Source: Histomonas meleagridis 2922-C6/04-290x
Taxonomy: Eukaryota; Protista; Parabasalia
Length of the DNA: 27,687 bases
Assembly (NCBI GenBank): GCA_020184695.1
Contig: JAANOX010000152.1
Coordinates: 1 to 27,687, forward strand
Direction: 5' to 3'
Below are positions 20,963 through 27,687 of this stretch, in pieces; the first letter of the stretch is position 1, and the number at the start of each line of letters is the position of its first letter. The notes beneath the pieces are model-generated. The model was not told the origin of the DNA and did not search any database. It saw nothing but the letters and a program-made list of their open reading frames with translations. Both the position numbers and the translations under genes were made by a program.

Positions 20963-21528
20963 ACATTACCAAATTCAAGTATTGTTATAAGATAATTATC
21001 AAGTTTTGCTGTTCATGTAATTTTGCTTTTTGCGATGAAATTAATGTCAAGAGTTTGCTAATTAGCACTTTTGCATATTGCTTTAAAATTAGTTTTTGTT
21101 GATTTATAATTAATTCTATCTACGTTAATGCCAATATAATCCACCACAAATTCATATAATAGTTTTTTACTATACAAAATAAAATTCTGTGCTTTTATTA
21201 TTATTCAAAAAGTCATTAATTGATCGTTTAAGTTACGATAGGAGCACAATATATTTACAACACTCCACATTATAAAAAATGATTATTTAAAGAAAAATCT
21301 TCAACAAAATGTCATGGCTCGCATGCAAATTTATTTATTTTCATATCATTTGTTCTCTAATGTTTATATAATTATCTAAATAAAATACGATAGATACATA
21401 CTTTTTAAATGTATATATGCAGTTACACCACTGGAATATCTAATGAAATTGTTGGATAATCATAGTCAATTTCTTCATTTATTATCTAAGACTGAACTGG
21501 GGAAGTAGGAAATTTCTCTTTTTGTACC

Positions 21529-22274
21529 AAGTTGAAATGTTGCTGAAATTAACGGTCAATATTTGTCCACTTTTTATATGATTTATACTCAGTCTCCAAA
21601 ATATCTTACGATCCAAAATTCATTCAAAAAGTCGAATAGTCAAAATATTCTTAGTCTTATCTATACATTTGATCATATGCAAACCATTCATTTGTTTTAC
21701 ACCGAACGTCACTTATACGATAGAGATACGTTAGACCTTTTTGAACACGTTCGAAAAGTTCTATCGTATCTCTATCGTCGACCCGCCATGCAACCTATGT
21801 TGAATTCTGACAATTATTTAACGTGGATAAAAAGCCTGTTTTTCCAGCCAATTCAAACGGTTATGGCCAAACCAAAATACAAATGACAACAGACTAATAC
21901 TTTCATTCACATAAACCAATAGGTAACCGGTGTTGATGTTCGATCAGTCGATCGATAATTGACATCGGGCACCAAGCTTTGACTAAACAAAGCCTGGTGT
22001 TAAGCTCAAAATAAATGGATAACATCCAATTCTATAGTTGATTATAATATTAGTTAATCAAATTGTTTGTTATCGATTTTAGAAATAAAAATGTGTATGC
22101 TAATTTCTTATATAGCAAAAAATTCGACTTCGTCTGGTTGACCTGGCATCCAGTGTGGTTCATTTACTTTAAAGTAATTACGGGTACTACGAAATATTTT
22201 GACATCAATGACTTTTTAAATGATGTAAACTATTGAAAACAATACGACCGTTAATTCCAGCAACATTTCGACTT
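21529..22274. mobile_element. Candidate non-autonomous element bounded by a 29-bp inverted repeat (27/29)
   Basis: aagttgaaatgttgctgaaattaacggtc (21529-21557) versus gaccgttaattccagcaacatttcgactt (22246-22274). No TSD found. Confidence 0.5.
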
Positions 22275-22346
22275 ACAACATATTTCTCTATTTTTTCCTT
22301 CTGTCATTTTTCCAATATCACACAAAAATTCGTAAATAATTGTGAC

Positions 22347-22760
22347 CCTTCTCACTTTTTGACCGATCATTTCATCAAAAAGTCGTGAAAAGTAAAATAG
22401 TATTTTTCTTATTTATATTGTACACGGTGCAATTCAATGAATGCCACAATTGGAAACATAAACAATCACATCACACATAAACACCATGAATGTGTTGAAG
22501 AACAATTAGAACCATCTAACAATGAAACAAATTGATTATTCTTAGTGATATTATTGCACAACTGTTTCAAGGTGTACGCACACGAAAAGATCTTTCAGCA
22601 TTCTACTCTTCTACAGCTGATACGATCCCAAATATAATTAGCTCAAGATTACCTCATGCTCAGAAAATTTGTCTATCAATAAATGAATGAAGTTACGAAA
22701 TGAGCAGAAAATTTCAAGTGCTCTATCAATTCCCACAGGAAATTATAACATTAACATTTG
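22347..22760 (+). mobile_element. Probable hAT-like transposase remnant (BED zinc finger plus decayed first catalytic motif)
   Basis: SHFLTDHFIKKS*KVK*YFSYLYCTRCNSMNATIGNINNHITHKH fits a BED finger (HF..CxxC-x12-H-x4-H). After a frameshift, KICLSINE*S resembles the hAT motif (I/V)SLxxDxWS. Confidence 0.5.
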
Positions 22761-23357
22761 AAGTTCTATTAAAGTTAACAATTGAATGCAAAAGGTATTT
22801 TTTACCCATTTTATTTTTAAAAATGCGATGATTCGTATGACTCCTGAATTCCTCTCAACCATTATTTTAATGAAAAATATCGATATCCATGTTAATGTGT
22901 ATATTCATGGAATATTTAATTATTCATTTTTGTTACTTTGTAGGTATATCACTCTTTAAAATATATATTCATAAGATTCCGAAATATAATGATTTGTTAC
23001 AAGTTGATTCTACTTCACTTATAAAAAATGCAAATATTTCGAATTTAATATAATATAATATTGGTCCATACTATAACTTTTTTTGCATTTTATGTATATA
23101 CAATTCTTCATGATTTATAACATAATCGGATTAAAATTTACGATGTTATTTAAACTTTTCTAGAATAAAACTGGTTCTCAGAGGTCGTTGTGCTTTTTTC
23201 ACAAGTTTATTATATTCAGATTTTGAAAGTCGCCCGCCAACATTTGAGGTATTCATTTGATATTATGGCAGTAATATCTCCCGTTCATTTTCATGATAAG
23301 TTTCCAACTTATACAAGATATTAAAAGCCTTGTAGCAAAGAAGAGCAGATTGCGACA

Positions 23358-23700
23358 ATGCTCAAGTATGGTTGCACCTATGAAGTAATAAGAAGACAGT
23401 TAAATGTAAATAAATCAACAATATCAACAGTCAAAAAGCAAATTGATGCGAATTGTTTCACTAAAAAAAAACCAATTATACATAAAAAAGATCTTTGCAG
23501 AACCGTGGTCGAAACATTAAGAATTCAATATCCTAACGCTTCAGATTCAAAAATTGCAGAACTTATAGAGAAGAATCTAGGTATTGTTATATCACGTTCG
23601 ACAGTCAAAAGGATTGAGAATGCATTAAATTTCAAATATCTCTAAATGAAGCACAAGCAAAACCTATCAGAATTACAAAAATCATCATTTCTGTCACAAT
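23358..23700 (+). mobile_element. Tc1/IS630-type transposase N-terminal remnant (two HTH regions), 3' truncated
   Basis: YEVIRRQLNVNKSTISTV (HTH) and SDSKIAELIEKNLGIVISRSTVKRIENALNFKY, then *MKHKQNLSELQK. No DDE core follows. Confidence 0.7.
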
Positions 23701-24066
23701 AAATTCCCTAAATCAGTTTTGGTTTGCGATTGGAAAAAATTATAAATCAACATCTACCATAGTAAAAAATCAATAGATGCATATAATTATCAAAAAATAT
23801 TAATAGATAGCAAAGTTATTGAATATCTATCATACCAGAATCAATATTTTTATTATTCAGGGATAATGGTGCAAGTACACACACACAGGGGAATTCCACT
23901 TGGTTTCACCCCCCACTTCGCTTCGCTCGGCGTGTGTCATATCGCCATATCGTGGCTCAAGCTTCACTCACTGCGTTCGCACAGTAAAATAAAAAAGTTA
24001 ATCTTTTTTAAATATTATATCCTAACATAATGATGTAGTATATATATGATTAAATGAATATTGTAG

Positions 24067-24743
24067 AAATACGAAGAAATTGATGAAAATTATAATATGT
24101 CCGGCATGTCCACGATGTCCACGGTCGTCCTAGGGCATACAACTTCTAATAAAACTTACCCGCAACACGCATTTTCGCAACACTTATAAAATTACATAAA
24201 AACATCGTGTCTGTAATTTTTCATACCCTTAAGTTCGCAACACGCATAAATTCTAACGTTATAATATTGTATATATTATATTGTTGCGTAGTAAATTATT
24301 TTAATAATACCTATTTATAAAGGACGTGGTCGGACAATTTATTGTTGTGAATAATTGTTGAAAAATATATTGTTGAAAAAATATTATATCCTAACATAAT
24401 GATTGTATATATGGTGTTTTGCGTAAAAAATATATATAATGATTTTCATATCCCATCTATGACATTAGGACAATAATATAAATAATATAATTGTTAGTAA
24501 AATACATATTCTAACATAATAATAATAATAATATTATTGTCCGTCTTTGTTGTTCATTCATTATTTATAAATAGGTATCATCAAAATAATTATTAATAAG
24601 CAAATAAACATTCATTGTATATTGCGTTGTTGCGTAATTGCGTGTTGCGGGTAAATTTAAAAAGTGGTTGTATGTCCTAGGACGAACGTGGACAAGCAGG
24701 ACGTCGTGGACATATTATAAATTTAATCAATTTTATCGTAATT
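24067..24743. mobile_element. Long imperfect inverted-repeat structure (MITE/foldback-like, or abutting ends of two elements)
   Basis: 24090-24182 versus the reverse complement of 24628-24720 aligns ungapped with ~18 mismatches in 93 bp by hand count. An inner pair, 24294-24321 / 24564-24591, matches 26/28. No coding capacity inside. Confidence 0.8.
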
Positions 24744-24781
24744 TTAAACTTTGCTAAAAATTATAGTTTTCAACAGATTTA

Positions 24782-25574
24782 TTGAGGTCCGAACATTATA
24801 TTACAAATCAACAACTTGCTGATTTATTGGTTGGAACTTTTCCTGACATCGAACACTGTTCAGCTAATACTGTTGGTTCAGCTAGGAAGAAACTTGGAAT
24901 AAAATTTGCGCCACCTAGATCTGTAGTTAAGTTAAGAGATCATGCCAAAATTACAAGGGTCAATTGGTGTCAATTTCATATTCAAAACAAGTCAACTTTT
25001 CATAACGTAGTGTTTTCTGATGAATTAGATAGAAACCGTAGATGGTTATGGCGGCATGTAGATGACTATCCTTCAATGGTATGTGCAGAAAGAGTAGCGC
25101 ACCCAAAAAAGGTAATGATTAGGGGTGCCATTGGTTTAAAATTTAAAATCAATACTGGTCTTTATTGAAGGTCCTGTCAGTTCAGATACATACTTTGAAC
25201 AAATTATCATAGGGAGTGGTCTTCTTACGGATGCAAATAATGTTTATGGGCATGGACAGTGGGTGCTGTAGCAGGGCAACGCTAGACCACATATTGCAAA
25301 TGATGTAATACGATCTTTGGATTACTTAGATGCTCTATTCATCGATGATTGGCCCACATACTCTTATGATTTAAATATCATAGAGGTTGTTTGGGCAATC
25401 ATGAAAGAAAAATTGGAAGCAAAAATTATAAGATCGATTGATGAACTTAAAAACGAAATCATTGATGTATGGAATAATCTATTGCTGGAGACAATTAATA
25501 GACTGGTACTTTCGATGCCAGCTAGACTGCAAGCTTGCGTAGCTAATCAAGGTAACACGATTCTTCACATCTAA
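24782..25574 (+). mobile_element. Tc1-like (DDE_3) transposase pseudogene, 5' truncated, DD35E spacing
   Basis: SANTVGSARKKLG, RVNWC, VVFSDE and KVMIRGAIG. After a frameshift near 25150: *QGNARPH (from QQDNARPH)...WPTYSYDLNIIEVVWAIMK...SMPARLQAC..NQG. Confidence 0.88.
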
Positions 25575-26337
25575 TAGATGGTTTTTTCAGTCTGTTGATG
25601 AATTTCTTTGGAAAATTTAAATATAAAAACGTTAATTTTTTCTAAATTTCATTGAAATTTTATCAACGAACTTTGAGTTCACGAAAAAACGCGGTTGACG
25701 AAGCAATAAAATTATCGGAAATTATAAATATACGACATCCACGTCCTATGGAAATGTCGGTCAAATTAATGTGAATGACACAACTTATGTTGACATCGTC
25801 ACCGACAGATTTAGAATAATTAATATGGATAATTCATATTTTATGTTGAAACAAGAAATTACCATAATAGTCCCATCTGAATCAAATTTACACACACACA
25901 CGTTTTGATTGAAAGTAATAAAATATATTTAAATTCATGATGACATTTATATTTAAAATGTATATATTAATCCAAGCCGATACAAAGAATCCCGCGGATT
26001 TAGAGGTGTTGTTGTTAAATTACACACCACCAACCTAATCAATTGAATTTAACTACCATTGAAAATCGAGAAAGCCTTTCGTAAAAGTCCAAGAGTATTA
26101 TGTTTAATCAACCTACATTTTGGTTTGAATTTCCACATGTTTACTGAGCTGCTAACTATGTTCTACGGAAAGTTACAGCACTCATGCCGAAAGGTTTTAC
26201 GTTAACCCATGTAGAAAGTTATGTGGCTAGCAGCAAATATTTCACCAAGCATTTAACAACCTAACCCAATCCTAATCAACTAACACAAAACTAGGTTTCT
26301 TTGTAAACCATATATTTTGAGGTTAACTGAACCTGAT

Positions 26338-27060
26338 ATGGATGAATTGTATGCAGCCATCGCTTCTGTACATTTACTAATTTGACAAAAATATTTACTT
26401 ACTATTAATGATTGTCCGATTGAGGTTTTCAAACCACAATCAAATTATTATAATTCTTTGTTGTGGAACATAGAGCATTTCGAAAGCGTTATTAAACACA
26501 GTGAAGAAAAATTAAAACTATTCGACAAAGAAGCAATTGAAACTTACGTTAATGAAAATTTTGATGATTCATATGATGTTTAGATTCATGAACTGAAAAG
26601 AAATTGGAAACGAATGATTAGACGCTATTATCGGAGTAATACAGAATTAGATAAAGATGATTTAGAAGATATTGAAAATTTAAAGAATAAGGTAAAAGAA
26701 CCTTCCGAAATAATTGGTATGGTAGATTAATTAATAAACATTACTGGAGAATCACATTTATGAAATGGGAACAAGAACTCAAGAACAACGTCGTTTCACA
26801 TCGCCAATACCAAAACAAAATCACGCGACATGAAATGGAAAGAAAATGTTTACAGAGAGAGCAAGAAGAAGAAAGGAAAGATTGGATTGAGTTTACCAGA
26901 TTCTCATTCAAACAGATGCAGAAATTGTAATAAATTGTTCATGAATGCGTCAATAAGAATTATACGGAATTGCTGGATGAATACTATAATACGTATAAAA
27001 ACAAGCTTAAGGAAACTTAGTCGGAATAAATATGAAAAACTATACGAAAATGAATGACAA
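26338..27060 (+). pseudogene. Decayed, probably coiled-coil ORF of unknown family
   Basis: ATG at 26338 opens ~130 codons with only two internal stops (MDELYAAIASVHLLI*QKYLLTINDCPIEVFKPQSNYYNSLLWNIEHFES...). E/K/Q-rich fragments continue after frameshifts. Confidence 0.45.
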
Positions 27061-27687
27061 TTGTCATATCACAAAAGTAATCAAAGCAAGCTAATGAAAC
27101 ACACCAACTCTTAATGAACAGATTATTTCAATCGTGGTACACAATTTAATGAAATAGAAGAGTATTTAAATAATTGAACAATATTTAAAGAAATCATTTA
27201 GTAATACTTGATCATTTTATGATCATTGTAACACTATGAAAAACTCCATCGGTTCAATAGCTAAAAAGTTCAGTAACATTTGAAAATTCAACTGCAATAA
27301 AAGTTTATGCTCAATCAATCAGAAGAGATATAAATCAATGAATAGAGACTAATGGGAAGTATTAGAAAGTAGATTTTCCATTATATTCAAACGTTACTGG
27401 AGAAATTAGGAATTAATACAGAAGAAAAACAAGAACAAAAGTTAGAATTCAGAGTATTGAATAATGATTTATTTCTTAATTCAGTTCTGACATTTGAGAG
27501 TTAGTTTGAACCATACATATGTATAATAATTACTTTGGATCAAATTTAACAACAAGAAGCTTTTCATTATTGAAAAGTTACACAAAGAACATTTTAATAA
27601 GGATCAACCGTTATGAACAACAAAAAGAAACCATGATCAAGGTAAATGCTGACCATAAAGGTTTTTCGAATTTTTTGTTAGGTTAAG

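Noticed and set aside
26255-26290. Telomere-like CCTAA/CCCTAA repeats
   Set aside because: Only a few degenerate units and no true tandem array.
9543-27500. Alternative genetic code (TGA=Trp or TAR=Gln) suggested by stops at plausible Trp/Gln positions in decayed ORFs
   Set aside because: Intact genes terminate with both TAA and TGA. The same remnants use TGG and CAA/CAG and also carry frameshifts, so ordinary decay explains the stops.

Overview
AT-rich eukaryotic DNA, most consistent with a parabasalid (trichomonad) protist. This is inferred from intronless genes, a BspA-like LRR surface protein, Inr/M3/M5-like core promoter motifs and TAAA overlapping stop codons. The left ~17 kb holds host genes: a 920-aa probable beta-propeller protein, a BAR-PH-ArfGAP-ankyrin protein, a frameshifted BspA-like protein, eIF1A, a PSI-like membrane protein, a DUF5765-like membrane protein and a frameshifted, motif-degenerate Rab32-like GTPase. 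A decayed pogo-like transposase interrupts this block. The right ~10 kb is a transposon graveyard with a Mutator (MULE) pseudogene, a probable hAT/BED remnant, two Tc1/IS630-type remnants, several inverted-repeat and palindrome systems and unidentified decayed ORFs. No rRNA, tRNA or CRISPR array is supported. I see no clear-cut novel multi-gene system. The best leads are the DUF5765-like gene, the pseudo-GTPase Rab, the ~93-bp inverted-repeat family around the Tc1 remnants and a GC-rich hairpin island.
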